DNA of 32,000 nucleotides from Edaphobacter aggregans (GCF_003945235.1 NZ_RSDW01000001.1:3150001-3182000); one strand, 5' to 3'; shown: positions 1 through 8,813, counted from the stretch's first letter. The notes: generated from the letters alone by a model not told the origin. Made by a program: numbers and translations.

Positions 1-1
1 G

Positions 2-559
2 CTCGAAGGCGGAATTCATTTTGGTCTCGGCTCAACCCTCGCCACCAGCAAAGCCGCATTAGCCAAAGCAGGCGGCCTCGAATCGCTCGTTGAATGCCTC
101 GCCGATGACTACGAGATGGGCGCACGCATCGCCGCTGCAGGTTACAGGATCGAGCTTTCGGCTGAGGTCGTTGAAACTTCTGTTCCGGCCTACACCTTCA
201 GGGGCTTCCGCGATCACCAACTGCGCTGGGCTCGTACTGTGCGAGACTCACGCAAGCTCGGCTATCTCGGTCTGGCCATCACCTATGCGCTTCCGTGGGC
301 CGTCATGACCTGCATCGCCAGCGGCTTCGATCTCTGGAGTTTCACCTTGCTCAGCGTCGTTCTGCTCGCACGCGTTTCGGTTGCGCTTGCAGTCGGCGTC
401 GGAGTGTTGCGCGACGGCCAAGTGCTGCGCGACCTCTGGCTTCTTCCCCTGCGCGACTTCTTCGGTCTGGTCTTCTGGCTCTGGAGCTTTGCTGGCGACA
501 CCATCGTCTGGCGCGGCGAACGCTTCCATCTCCGCGGCGGCCGTCTTCATCGTGCCTAG
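2..559 (+). CDS. Glycosyltransferase, GT2/GT21 type (ceramide glucosyltransferase / HpnI-like), C-terminal part; 5' end lies outside the window
   Basis: The frame of the listed 116..559 ORF stays open back to base 2 (LEGGIHFGLGSTLATSKAALAKAGGLESLVECLADDYEMGARIAAAGYRIEL...). FRGFRDHQLRWARTVRDSR resembles the (Q/R)xxRW region of GT2/GT21 enzymes. It is followed by 3-4 hydrophobic helices, as in ceramide-glucosyltransferase/HpnI-like proteins. Stop TAG 557-559. Confidence 0.6.
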   Translation, partial: LEGGIHFGLGSTLATSKAALAKAGGLESLVECLADDYEMGARIAAAGYRIELSAEVVETSVPAYTFRGFRDHQLRWARTVRDSRKLGYLGLAITYALPWAVMTCIASGFDLWSFTLLSVVLLARVSVALAVGVGVLRDGQVLRDLWLLPLRDFFGLVFWLWSFAGDTIVWRGERFHLRGGRLHRA

Positions 560-2445
560 TAGGGATTGGGTTGATTGCTCAATATCTCTTTTCCTCCGCT
601 TTGAGCGATGAAGTAGGTCTTTCCAGGTAGCTTGGGAATGTGGTCCAGCTCGGTCCAGAGGAAGATGCGTCGCGGTTCTGTCCATTTCAGATCGAGCGAA
701 AGCTCATCCTCGAAGATCGCCGGGGCATCCGGGAAGAAGCTGCCGTACCAGAGATTCGAGCTGCGGCCGTTGAGGATGTGAAGATCGTTGCGGCGCAGAT
801 AGAAGCCGAGTGTGCTGGCCGACTCGTACTCGCCGTTGATGACGATCAGGTCGTCGGGCTTAAGCTCAGGGGCAACCGCATCGGCCAATCGCTTCGATGT
901 AAGCACTGGCGAAAAAATTTGCAATCCCAGATGAGCCGCTAGCAGAAATCCAAACGCTGCCGCAGCTAGCCAAAGATTGGCAGGGTGAGGTTTGTAATCG
1001 CGCCGAAACAGCCAGCAGGCCAGCGTTCCACCGAACAGTGCAAATGCCGTGATCATCAACGGCACGCGAAACGCTCCCATGGCCTGAGCGTTCAGATCGA
1101 GGAAGTGACCGAACGAGAGTGCGTAATCCTGAGGGTTCTGCTTCAGTAGCGCCGCAAGATCGGTGCTCGCTCCGGCCTGCTGACCATGCAGTACAAAGAA
1201 TCCACAAACCAGTGCTGCGATCGAACCAAAGATAAGCAGTACGGTCGAGATGCGCTGACCAGCCGCGACCAGACGGTTCGGGACGACGAAAGACTCCGCC
1301 TCATTGGCCTCGCGGTTCAACCATCCAGCAATCAGCAGGATTAGCGCGGGCAGCGATGGGAGAACGTAGTACTCCTGTCGCGTGGAAAGACTGAAGAACA
1401 GCAGAGGAACCGCAGCCCACAGGCCGAGTAGCCATAGTGTGGATTCGGGCGCATCGAGCGTGTGGCGACGCAGAGCTTTACGCCACGGAACAGCAGCCAG
1501 CCCGTGAAACAGGAATCCGCTCCAGGGCATTAGCCAGACCAGGACGAGTCCCCAGAACAGCGCGAGCGGAACGGTATCGTAGTCGCGAGGTACGCGCAGA
1601 TTGAGGTAACGGAGCAGGTGCTCGTTGATGAAGTAGAACCAGAACCATCCGTGAACACTGCCGTCGCTCGGTTGAGGGACGATCCAGTGACCATGTGTGA
1701 AGTTGATGCTTCCGGGACTGCCCTGTGTGGGATTCGCAAGGCCGATCAGGATGTGCCAAGGCGCGGCTATGGCTAGGAAGACGAGGAGGCTGGTGAACGG
1801 GTGTAGTCGTCGAAGACGCACCATGGTGCCGCGGGCGCCTCGAGTCATCAGCAGATGAAGCGCGACGATTGCGACGGGGAAGACGATTCCGATCAATCCC
1901 TTGGTGAGTACGTTCAGAGCACAGCAGGTAGCGAAGCCGTAGCAGAGCAGACGATTCGGTGAGGTTTGTTGTTCGGTTAGCCAGTAGCAGAGGATCGCGA
2001 GCGTGAGCCAGAGGCAGACTGCGGCGTCGGGAATCGTGATGCGGGTGAAGATGAAGATGCCGAAGCTTGAGAGGAGGATGAGGGCGGCGTAGAGTCCTGC
2101 GCGGGTTGAGGCAAAGGCTCGACGGGCGAAGCTTTCGAGTGCGAAGGCGAGCGCCAGGACTGTGAACGCGAGCGGAAGTCGTGCGGCGGCGGTGTGGACG
2201 CCGAAGATTTTCATGCTGGCTGCCATGCTCCAGTAAAGGAGGGGAGCTTTTTCGAGGTAGCGGATGCCGTTGGCGTAGAGGGTGGTCCAGTCGTGGCGGA
2301 GGAGCATCTCGCGGGCGACCTCGGCGTGGACGGAGTCGGCGTCGTCAAGCAGCGGCGGGGTAATGAGGGTGAAGCTTGCGTAGAACAGGAACCAGAGGGC
2401 GAGCAGGATCGCACGATTGCGGGGTGGGCAGGCTGGGGTCGGCAC
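556..2445 (-). CDS. GT-C fold lipid-carrier-dependent glycosyltransferase (ArnT / PMT_2-like, GT39/GT83 type), polytopic membrane protein
   Basis: 629-aa ORF, hydrophobic along most of its length (many TM helices by eye). The N-terminal LITPPLLDDADSVHAEVAREMLLRHDWTTLY...RYLEKAPLLYW matches the first-loop signature of ArnT/PMT-type transferases (acidic DD motif plus Y-x-EK-x-P-L-x-YW). Its stop codon overlaps the stop of the convergent gene at 557-559. Confidence 0.7.
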   Translation of the reverse strand: MPTPACPPRNRAILLALWFLFYASFTLITPPLLDDADSVHAEVAREMLLRHDWTTLYANGIRYLEKAPLLYWSMAASMKIFGVHTAAARLPLAFTVLALAFALESFARRAFASTRAGLYAALILLSSFGIFIFTRITIPDAAVCLWLTLAILCYWLTEQQTSPNRLLCYGFATCCALNVLTKGLIGIVFPVAIVALHLLMTRGARGTMVRLRRLHPFTSLLVFLAIAAPWHILIGLANPTQGSPGSINFTHGHWIVPQPSDGSVHGWFWFYFINEHLLRYLNLRVPRDYDTVPLALFWGLVLVWLMPWSGFLFHGLAAVPWRKALRRHTLDAPESTLWLLGLWAAVPLLFFSLSTRQEYYVLPSLPALILLIAGWLNREANEAESFVVPNRLVAAGQRISTVLLIFGSIAALVCGFFVLHGQQAGASTDLAALLKQNPQDYALSFGHFLDLNAQAMGAFRVPLMITAFALFGGTLACWLFRRDYKPHPANLWLAAAAFGFLLAAHLGLQIFSPVLTSKRLADAVAPELKPDDLIVINGEYESASTLGFYLRRNDLHILNGRSSNLWYGSFFPDAPAIFEDELSLDLKWTEPRRIFLWTELDHIPKLPGKTYFIAQSGGKEILSNQPNPY

Positions 2446-2542
2446 CTGATTAGTGTATGTGCATGACGGCCACGGATCTTCGCGAATAGGCGCGGATCAA
2501 AGGCGTTACGGTGATACGAAAGATAAAGACAGATAAGATGAC

Positions 2543-3631
2543 ATGGTGACTGATCTGGTTCAACTTGGAGCAGGTGCTGCCAGGCCGCCTGCGGAACTGA
2601 TCTTTGGCGATTGGTATCCGGCGCTGCGGGCGAGGGAGCTGCGCGTGGGAAAGATGACCAAGACCATGCTGCTTGGCGTTCCGCTGGTGCTGGGGCGCAA
2701 GAAGGACGGAAAGATCTTTGCGATGCGCGATCTTTGTCCGCATCGTGGAATTCCGCTGTCGGCAGGGTGGTTCGACGGCGAGACGGTTCAGTGCAAGTAT
2801 CATGGCTGGCGGTTCGAGCCTTGCAGCGGGCAGTGTGTCGAGATTCCTTCGCTAACCCAGTTTGAGACGCTCGATCCGACGAAGATTTATGCCGGTGCTT
2901 ATCCTTGCGAGGAGCGCGATGGCTACGCCTGGGTGTATCTGCCGGAGCCTGGGACTGGCCGCGTTGGCGATGCGCTGCCTGCGGTGCCGGAGTTGCCGAA
3001 GTTTTCGCAGCGGTTTCGCAGCGCGCACCTTGTGGCTGACCTGCCTTGCAACGTCGACCACGGGATCATTGGGTTGATGGATCCGGCGCATGGGCCGTTT
3101 GTACATCAGGCGTGGTGGTGGCGTAGTCGGGCGAGCATTCACGAGAAGGAGAAGCACTTTGAGCCGATTCCTCAGGGGTTCAGGATGTCGGCACATGCTC
3201 CTTCAGGCAACAGCGCTCCTTACAAACTGCTTGGCGTCTATGGCGAGCCGATTACGACCACGATCGACTTTGTGCTGCCGAATCGCCGGTACGAGACGAT
3301 CCGTTGCGGCGACAAATGGTTTTCCAGTTTGACTACGGTAACCCCGGTTACGCCTTCGACGTGCCGGATTGACGTGATCGCGGCTTGGAATATCTTTTAT
3401 GCCGTTCCTTTTGTGACTTCCATTGCTACATTCTTCGGCGCGCGGTTTGTGCGGCAGGACCAGCAGACGATGATCGAGCAGGCCGAGGGGTTGCGGTTTC
3501 ATCCGGGGCTGATGCTCATCGACGACGCAGACAAACCGGCGAAGTGGTACTTCGGTTTGAAACAGGCCCGTCTGAAGGGAAGCGGCGAGCATCCTTTAAG
3601 TGGACCGGTTACGTTGCATTGGCGGAGTTAG
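2543..3631 (+). CDS. Rieske [2Fe-2S] non-haem-iron oxygenase, alpha-subunit type (PaO/Tic55-like)
   Basis: 362 aa. Rieske motif CPHRG-x16-CKYHGW. Downstream LMDPAHGPFVH gives D-x2-H-x4-H, the mononuclear iron site pattern of Rieske oxygenases. No partner reductase or ferredoxin gene lies adjacent. Confidence 0.8.
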   Translation: MVTDLVQLGAGAARPPAELIFGDWYPALRARELRVGKMTKTMLLGVPLVLGRKKDGKIFAMRDLCPHRGIPLSAGWFDGETVQCKYHGWRFEPCSGQCVEIPSLTQFETLDPTKIYAGAYPCEERDGYAWVYLPEPGTGRVGDALPAVPELPKFSQRFRSAHLVADLPCNVDHGIIGLMDPAHGPFVHQAWWWRSRASIHEKEKHFEPIPQGFRMSAHAPSGNSAPYKLLGVYGEPITTTIDFVLPNRRYETIRCGDKWFSSLTTVTPVTPSTCRIDVIAAWNIFYAVPFVTSIATFFGARFVRQDQQTMIEQAEGLRFHPGLMLIDDADKPAKWYFGLKQARLKGSGEHPLSGPVTLHWRS

Positions 3632-3792
3632 GTGCCCTCACTGGCAACCGGTTCCCTTGGAGTTGCGGGCTACTTTTGCCGAAGGACCATAACGGGAATC
3701 CTTCCTTCATCAAAGGTAACTTTGGTGTTTTGATCTCATTCCTCTTCCCTCATCGCCGATGAGAGGAGTGTGCAACGGCACGAGGGGGAGAG

Positions 3793-4278
3793 ATGATCCG
3801 ACAGGCGATTAATTGCGATATATGTGGGGCGGAAAAACTGGAGGCTACGAGTCACTGGTTCGTGGCCTATGAGCAGGGCGGTGAACTGAAGCTGCGGGGA
3901 TGGGAGTCTCCTAAGAACTCGCGGAAGAACGTGAAGCATCTTTGCGGACAGAAGTGCGTGCAACACCTGACTGCGAACTTTACGGCGGCGGTGATGGCCG
4001 GCGAATACGCGACCAAGGGCGCGAAGGAAGAGATGCCCGAGAGCATGGAACAGAGTGTCGATGATGGTTACGATGCGGAGGAGACGCCAATTCTGCAGCG
4101 CATGGGCTATAGCCGCGAGACGGCGGCTCTGATTGAGGAGGAGTCGTGGGCTGGACCGGCGAAGCCTAAAGTGACTTCGCTGGAGCCGGTGAACAAGCCG
4201 AAGGTTGGGCGCGAGACTCTTATCAATGCGGCTCGCTTGAAGGTGCAGACTGCGCGGCCTTACCAGCATATGGCTTGA
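3793..4278 (+). CDS. Hypothetical protein: N-terminal Cys-rich (zinc-ribbon-like) module plus acidic, probably disordered C-terminal half
   Basis: 161 aa. Strong purine-rich SD (GAGGGGGAGAG) directly upstream of the ATG. Codon usage resembles the neighbouring + strand genes. It contains C8-x2-C11 and C51-x3-C55-x2-H58 (NCDICG ... HLCGQKCVQH). I recognise no family. The antisense 256-aa ORF (3736..4506) is Arg-rich and overlaps the kinase gene, so this strand is preferred. Confidence 0.5.
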   Translation: MIRQAINCDICGAEKLEATSHWFVAYEQGGELKLRGWESPKNSRKNVKHLCGQKCVQHLTANFTAAVMAGEYATKGAKEEMPESMEQSVDDGYDAEETPILQRMGYSRETAALIEEESWAGPAKPKVTSLEPVNKPKVGRETLINAARLKVQTARPYQHMA

Positions 4279-4298
4279 TCGCTTCGGCGCGAAAGAGA

Positions 4299-4353
4299 AA
4301 GCCCCGGGTACGGATATCCGGGGCTTCAATTCGCGGGTATCGTTCCCCGCGAA
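4299..4353. terminator. Two tandem GC-rich hairpins between convergent genes (probable terminator, mainly for the - strand kinase gene)
   Basis: Hairpin 1: AAGCCCCGG (4299-4307) pairs with CCGGGGCTT (4318-4326), extendable by G-U, U-A and A-U to a CGGA tetraloop. On the - strand it is followed by TTTCTCTTTC. Hairpin 2: TTCGCGGG (4330-4337) pairs with CCCGCGAA (4346-4353), 12 nt after the kinase stop. There is no U-tract on the + strand side, so termination of the 3793..4278 gene is less certain. Confidence 0.5.
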
Positions 4354-4364
4354 GATCGCGTCTC

Positions 4365-6128
4365 TTAGCCCCGTTTGGCTGGGTTTTGATCGGCCGCAGC
4401 ACAGGGCAGCATGATGTTGAATACAGAACCTCGTGAGCCGTTGCCTTCTCCAGAACGGACTTGAATGGTGCCGCCGTGCCTGTCGATGATCTCCCTGGTC
4501 ACCCATAATCCGAGACCAGTGCCAACGTCTTTTTTAGTGGTGAAGAAGGGCTCGAAGATTTTGTCGATGTGTGTCGCGGCGATTCCTGCGCCGTCGTCTT
4601 CAATCGCTACGTGAATGACATTACCGTCAGGACTTTGAAGGCAGGCTAATTTGACACGAATCGTTCCGTTTTCGCTGACGGCGTCGGCTGCGTTGGAGAT
4701 GAGGTTCGACATTGCCTGTTTGAGTTCTCCGGCCAGGCCTTGAACGGGCGGGCACTCGCCGAAGTCGCGTACGAGCGTTATGTTCTTGGTTTTGAACTTA
4801 TTGGAATAAAGCTTGAGTACAGATTCAATGAGTGTCGGCACTTCAACATGTCCAGGCACGTTGGATTCACGGTAGAAACCGAGCGTCTGACGGGTGATGT
4901 GCGAGACGCGCTCCAGCTCCTGTTCTGCCAGGAGCAATTGTTGCATGGCTTCCGCAGGCAGATCGGGTGTTCCTTTTACGAGGTAGATCAGGTTGCCGAC
5001 GGCTTCCAGAGGATTGTTGATTTCGTGGGCGACGGTTGCTGAGAGCCGGGCGGCGGCGGCTAACTTTTCTGTCTTGCGAAGAATTTCCTGGGACTTGCGT
5101 TCATAGGTTGCATCCCGGAACACAAGGACGACCCCGATTAATTTGTCGCGGCCATCTCGTATGGGGGCGGCGCTGTCTTCAATCGGAATCATGGTTCCGT
5201 CGGTGTTTTGCAGGACCGTGTGGTTGGCGAGGCCGATGACGCGTCCGAGCTCCATGACCTTCTTTACGGGATTTTCCACGGGCAGGTGTGTGGACTCGTT
5301 GAAGATGGGGAACACCTCCTGGATAGGCTTGCCCTTGGAGTTCGCCAGAGGCCTTCCGGTGAGTTGCTCAGCTATTGGATTGAGGAAGGTCACGCGTCCG
5401 CGTTCGTCGGTTGCGATGACTGCATCTCCGAGGCTGGTCAGCGTTACTCTGAACCACTCTTCGCGCTCGAGTAACTGTCGCGCATGCCTCTCTCGAAGCG
5501 CCATCTCATGGAGTATGAAATAGGCGAGAAAGATCAGGCCCAGAGCGGCGATAAAACTGGCCAGATAAATAGAAGCTGTCGTCGTCCGGATGCTTTTCTG
5601 ATAAATGGCCGACCGGGCGACTTGGAGAGACGTTTCCTCCTGTCCCATCTCGTCGATCAGTTTGCGGATGTTATCCATGGTGTGCAATCCGAGATCTGAC
5701 AAGACAAGGGTCTTGGCTTCGGCGGACCTGCCAGAGCGAAAGAGCGAGATTGTCTGGGCGAGTTCTGCCAATTTTGCATTGGCCAGACGGCGAAGCTCTG
5801 GAATTTGCGCGAGTTCATCGGGAGTGTCGGCGGTTAACTCCTCCAGATGCTTCAGGTGTGGCTCAATCTGGGTGAGGGCGAGATCATAGGGTCCAAGGTA
5901 TGTCGGATCCGCCGTGTAGAGGAAGCCACGCTGACCTGTCTCCGCATCTTTCAAGATCGATTCGGTTTGGCTCAACTCGAAACGAACCTGCTGTGTGCGT
6001 GTGACCCAGGTCTGATTTGCGACTTGTATGCGAAGTTGACGTGCTGTGATGATGGCATTCGCCGCCAGCACGGCGATCAACAACACGAAACCGGTGATCA
6101 CGCTAAAACGCTTGTGAATGGTTTGCAT
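4365..6128 (-). CDS. Sensor histidine kinase: TM - CHASE3 - TM - PAS - HisKA - HATPase_c
   Basis: 587 aa. N-terminal TM helix, then the CHASE3 signature (WVTRTQQVRFELSQTESILKDAETGQRGFLYTADPTYLGPY). A second TM helix (IYLASFIAALGLIFLAYFIL) follows, then a PAS-like region (EEWFRVTLTSLGDAVIATDERGRVTFLNPIAEQLTG). H-box is SATVAHEINNPLEAV, N-box is NLISNAADA, G1 is EDDGAGI and G2 is GTGLGLWV. No receiver domain and no adjacent response regulator. Confidence 0.85.
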   Translation of the reverse strand: MQTIHKRFSVITGFVLLIAVLAANAIITARQLRIQVANQTWVTRTQQVRFELSQTESILKDAETGQRGFLYTADPTYLGPYDLALTQIEPHLKHLEELTADTPDELAQIPELRRLANAKLAELAQTISLFRSGRSAEAKTLVLSDLGLHTMDNIRKLIDEMGQEETSLQVARSAIYQKSIRTTTASIYLASFIAALGLIFLAYFILHEMALRERHARQLLEREEWFRVTLTSLGDAVIATDERGRVTFLNPIAEQLTGRPLANSKGKPIQEVFPIFNESTHLPVENPVKKVMELGRVIGLANHTVLQNTDGTMIPIEDSAAPIRDGRDKLIGVVLVFRDATYERKSQEILRKTEKLAAAARLSATVAHEINNPLEAVGNLIYLVKGTPDLPAEAMQQLLLAEQELERVSHITRQTLGFYRESNVPGHVEVPTLIESVLKLYSNKFKTKNITLVRDFGECPPVQGLAGELKQAMSNLISNAADAVSENGTIRVKLACLQSPDGNVIHVAIEDDGAGIAATHIDKIFEPFFTTKKDVGTGLGLWVTREIIDRHGGTIQVRSGEGNGSRGSVFNIMLPCAAADQNPAKRG

Positions 6129-6175
6129 AGATGGGGCCCAATACGTCGCGCGGAAGTTGTACGTGTTTTTTCGTG

Positions 6176-6181
6176 ATTATA
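6176..6181 (-). promoter_or_regulatory. Candidate -10 box (TATAAT on the - strand) for the histidine kinase gene
   Basis: The + strand reads ATTATA at 6176-6181, which is a perfect TATAAT on the - strand, about 48 nt upstream of the kinase ATG (6128). There is no convincing -35 at 17-bp spacing (CGGCCA). Confidence 0.3.
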
Positions 6182-6218
6182 GACGAGGATTTCGGCTGTG
6201 GCCGCTCGGGTCACGACG

Positions 6219-8813
6219 CTAGAAGGCGCTGACGCCCTCTTCGACGACTAGCTGGTCGACCTTGATGTTCATGGCTTCCCCTAATTTCTTGAAGCCTTCT
6301 TTCCAGTCTTCGGTCCAGTAGTTTTTGTCGCTGCGCCGGAGGAGGTCATTCCAGATGTTCTGGGCCTGCCAGATGTTGACCTCGAAGGGGAATTTGCACA
6401 GGGTTTCGGCGATCAGCACGGCATTGCTGAGGGCTCCGTTGGCTGTTGGGTCACCGGCTGCAGAGGCCTCGAGGCGTACCATGGCGCGCTTCATCCGCTG
6501 GCCAGCTGTGTAGCCAAGCTGCTGGGCGTTGAAGGTGATGTGCTCGGATTGGGCGTGGGTGAGTAGCGCCTCGATGGCTTCGGCGTCGAATGTCTCGGCC
6601 TCGAGGGCGCGGCGCATGCTGGAGTTGATGGCGTAGTTGGCCGCGACTTCGAGGGCAGGCGGCGGAGCCATGCCGGTCTCGGTGAGGAAGTCGAGCAGTG
6701 AGGCGTGGTCTTCGTAGATCTTGCGGAGGGAGTCCTCCATCTCGGTGAGGGTCTGGGTAAGGATGGTCTGGACGATGCGGTGCTGCTCGTCGGCGAAGAG
6801 GGAGATGAGGGAGTAGCCCATCTCGCCGAAGATCTTGTCGATGATGCGGATGACCTCGGCTAGGTTGGCGCGCCGCATGGCGTGGGCGACCTCGGTGGCG
6901 GCGGTTTTGAAGGCTTCGACCTCTTCGGCGTTAGAGGAGTCGTAGCGTTTAACTGCGGCGGAGAGGTTCTGGTCGCCGAGATGCAGGACAGCGAAGCAGA
7001 TGTCCTCAGCCTCCTCGGTGATGCGCGAGTCGACGAGCGCGCGGCCAATGGCGACGCGGCCGCGGCCGGAGGTGAAGACCTCGTGGCTTTCGCGGTGGAC
7101 GTCGAAGCAGAAGAGCTGGCCCTGTTCGGGATAGGAACGGAAGATGGAACTGATGGCGTAGTGGGCGCCAACCTGCTCGAGGCCGATCTTCATGTTGGTG
7201 ACGTAGCGTCGGTAGACTTCAGAGCCGTCGCCGATCTCGGGGACGTTACTGATGCCTTTGGCAAGGATGTTGAGGAAGCCGGTTTCGAGCGCGACGCCGG
7301 GTTCACCGAAGAGCTTGGTGGAGAGCTGTAGGACGCGGCCAGCGTAGGCGATGACCTGTACGGTCTCGATGCCGGAGACTTCGTCGAAGAACCAGCCGCA
7401 GGAGGTGTACATGAGCTGGGTGTGGCGTTCGAGTTCGAGGAGTTCGAGCGCGGTGATGCGTTCGGCCTCGGTGAGCTCATGGGTGGCGTGCTCGGCAAAG
7501 AAGGCGTTGACGCTGGCGGGGGAGCGGTCGAGGATGACCTGGATGTAGGCGTCGCGTGCGGCCCAGAGGTCTTTGAAGAGGGACGAGGATAGTTTTTCGG
7601 CTAGCGGGGCGGTGCAGTCACGGAGATAGTCGAGGGCCTCGCGCAGGGGGCCGCGCCACTGCTGGTTCCAGTCGGGCTTGCCGCCGCTGTTGCAGCCGCA
7701 GTCGGAGCGCCACCGTTCGACGCCGTGGGCGCAGCTCCAGGAGGTGTCTTCGACAATTTCGGCCTCCCATTGAGGAGGGAACTTCGAGAGGAACTCGCCG
7801 TAGTTCGTGAGTTTCGCGTGGTGCTCGTCTTCGAGCCAGTGCATTGCGTAGGAGAGGGCCATCTCACCGTGGCGGTGGTGGTGGCCATAACTCTCGCCGT
7901 CGGTGGCGACGTGGGATATCTGGGCCTTCTCGGTGTCTTCGGGTGTCGTGGGGCGAAAGCCAGCGAGAAGCCGACGGCCAAAGTCTTCGCCGCTGTTCAG
8001 CAGGCCTTCGAAGGCGATGGCGCGTGAGTTGGGACCGTCGTAGAAGAAGACGGCGATGCTGCGTCCTTCGTCGAGGCGGATGAGGTAAGGGTGCGTGGGG
8101 TTGACGGTGGCGTCCGGCGTGCCGATCCAGCCGTCGTTGTCGTCGGATTCCTTTGCGAGCGGGGCGGCGTTCGTATCGGGCCCGGAGCCTGCGATGCGGC
8201 GGACGCGAGCGCACTGGTTGGGTGCGAGGATGGTGAACTTGATGCCCTCCTGCGCCATGAGGTCGAGGACGCTGCGGTTGGCGGCGGTCTCGGCGAGCCA
8301 CATGCCTTCGGGTTTGCGGCCGAAGCGGTGCTCGAAGTCGGCGATGCCCCAGCGGATCTGGGTGAGGGCGTCGCGCTTGCTGGCCAGCGGCATGATGATG
8401 TGGTTGTAGACCTGTGCGATGGCCGAGCCGTGTCCGCTGTATCGCTGCCTGCTGGCCTTGTCGGCGTCGAGGATCATGCGGTAGGCGCGGGGGGCCTTGT
8501 CGTTGAGCCAACTGAGCAGTGTGGGGCCGAAGTTGTAACTCATCCGCGCGTAGTTGTTCATGATGCGGATGATCTTGTTTTCGACGTCGGTGATACGGGA
8601 GGCCCCGTTGGGCGCGTAACATTCAGCGGTGATGCGCTCGTTCCAGTCGTGATAGGGCGCGGCGGAGTCCTGGACCTCGACGGTCTCGAGCCAGGGGTTC
8701 TCGCGGGGCGGCTGGTAGAAGTGGCCGTGGACACAGACGAACTTCTCCGGTTCTTGCGCTATGGGTGCAGCGGTAGGGGCGGCGGTCTTCGCAAGTGTTC
8801 TGGACTTGGCCAT
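6219..8813 (-). CDS. Glycoside hydrolase family 57 protein, long form with C-terminal DUF3536-like extension (alpha-glucan-active enzyme, specificity unknown)
   Basis: 864 aa. GH57 conserved regions are visible: VCVHGHFYQPPRENPW (region I), GMWLAETAAN (nucleophile Glu region), HVATDGESYGHHH (acid/base Asp region) and YTSCGWFFDE (region V). The last ~350 aa are helical and acidic, with no motif I can name. Confidence 0.85.
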   Translation of the reverse strand: MAKSRTLAKTAAPTAAPIAQEPEKFVCVHGHFYQPPRENPWLETVEVQDSAAPYHDWNERITAECYAPNGASRITDVENKIIRIMNNYARMSYNFGPTLLSWLNDKAPRAYRMILDADKASRQRYSGHGSAIAQVYNHIIMPLASKRDALTQIRWGIADFEHRFGRKPEGMWLAETAANRSVLDLMAQEGIKFTILAPNQCARVRRIAGSGPDTNAAPLAKESDDNDGWIGTPDATVNPTHPYLIRLDEGRSIAVFFYDGPNSRAIAFEGLLNSGEDFGRRLLAGFRPTTPEDTEKAQISHVATDGESYGHHHRHGEMALSYAMHWLEDEHHAKLTNYGEFLSKFPPQWEAEIVEDTSWSCAHGVERWRSDCGCNSGGKPDWNQQWRGPLREALDYLRDCTAPLAEKLSSSLFKDLWAARDAYIQVILDRSPASVNAFFAEHATHELTEAERITALELLELERHTQLMYTSCGWFFDEVSGIETVQVIAYAGRVLQLSTKLFGEPGVALETGFLNILAKGISNVPEIGDGSEVYRRYVTNMKIGLEQVGAHYAISSIFRSYPEQGQLFCFDVHRESHEVFTSGRGRVAIGRALVDSRITEEAEDICFAVLHLGDQNLSAAVKRYDSSNAEEVEAFKTAATEVAHAMRRANLAEVIRIIDKIFGEMGYSLISLFADEQHRIVQTILTQTLTEMEDSLRKIYEDHASLLDFLTETGMAPPPALEVAANYAINSSMRRALEAETFDAEAIEALLTHAQSEHITFNAQQLGYTAGQRMKRAMVRLEASAAGDPTANGALSNAVLIAETLCKFPFEVNIWQAQNIWNDLLRRSDKNYWTEDWKEGFKKLGEAMNIKVDQLVVEEGVSAF

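Noticed and set aside
3736-4506. 256-aa - strand ORF covering the 161-aa gene and the 3' end of the kinase gene
   Set aside because: It is Arg/His/Leu-rich and overlaps the kinase in another frame. It also runs through the terminator hairpins. The + strand ORF has a strong SD and normal composition.
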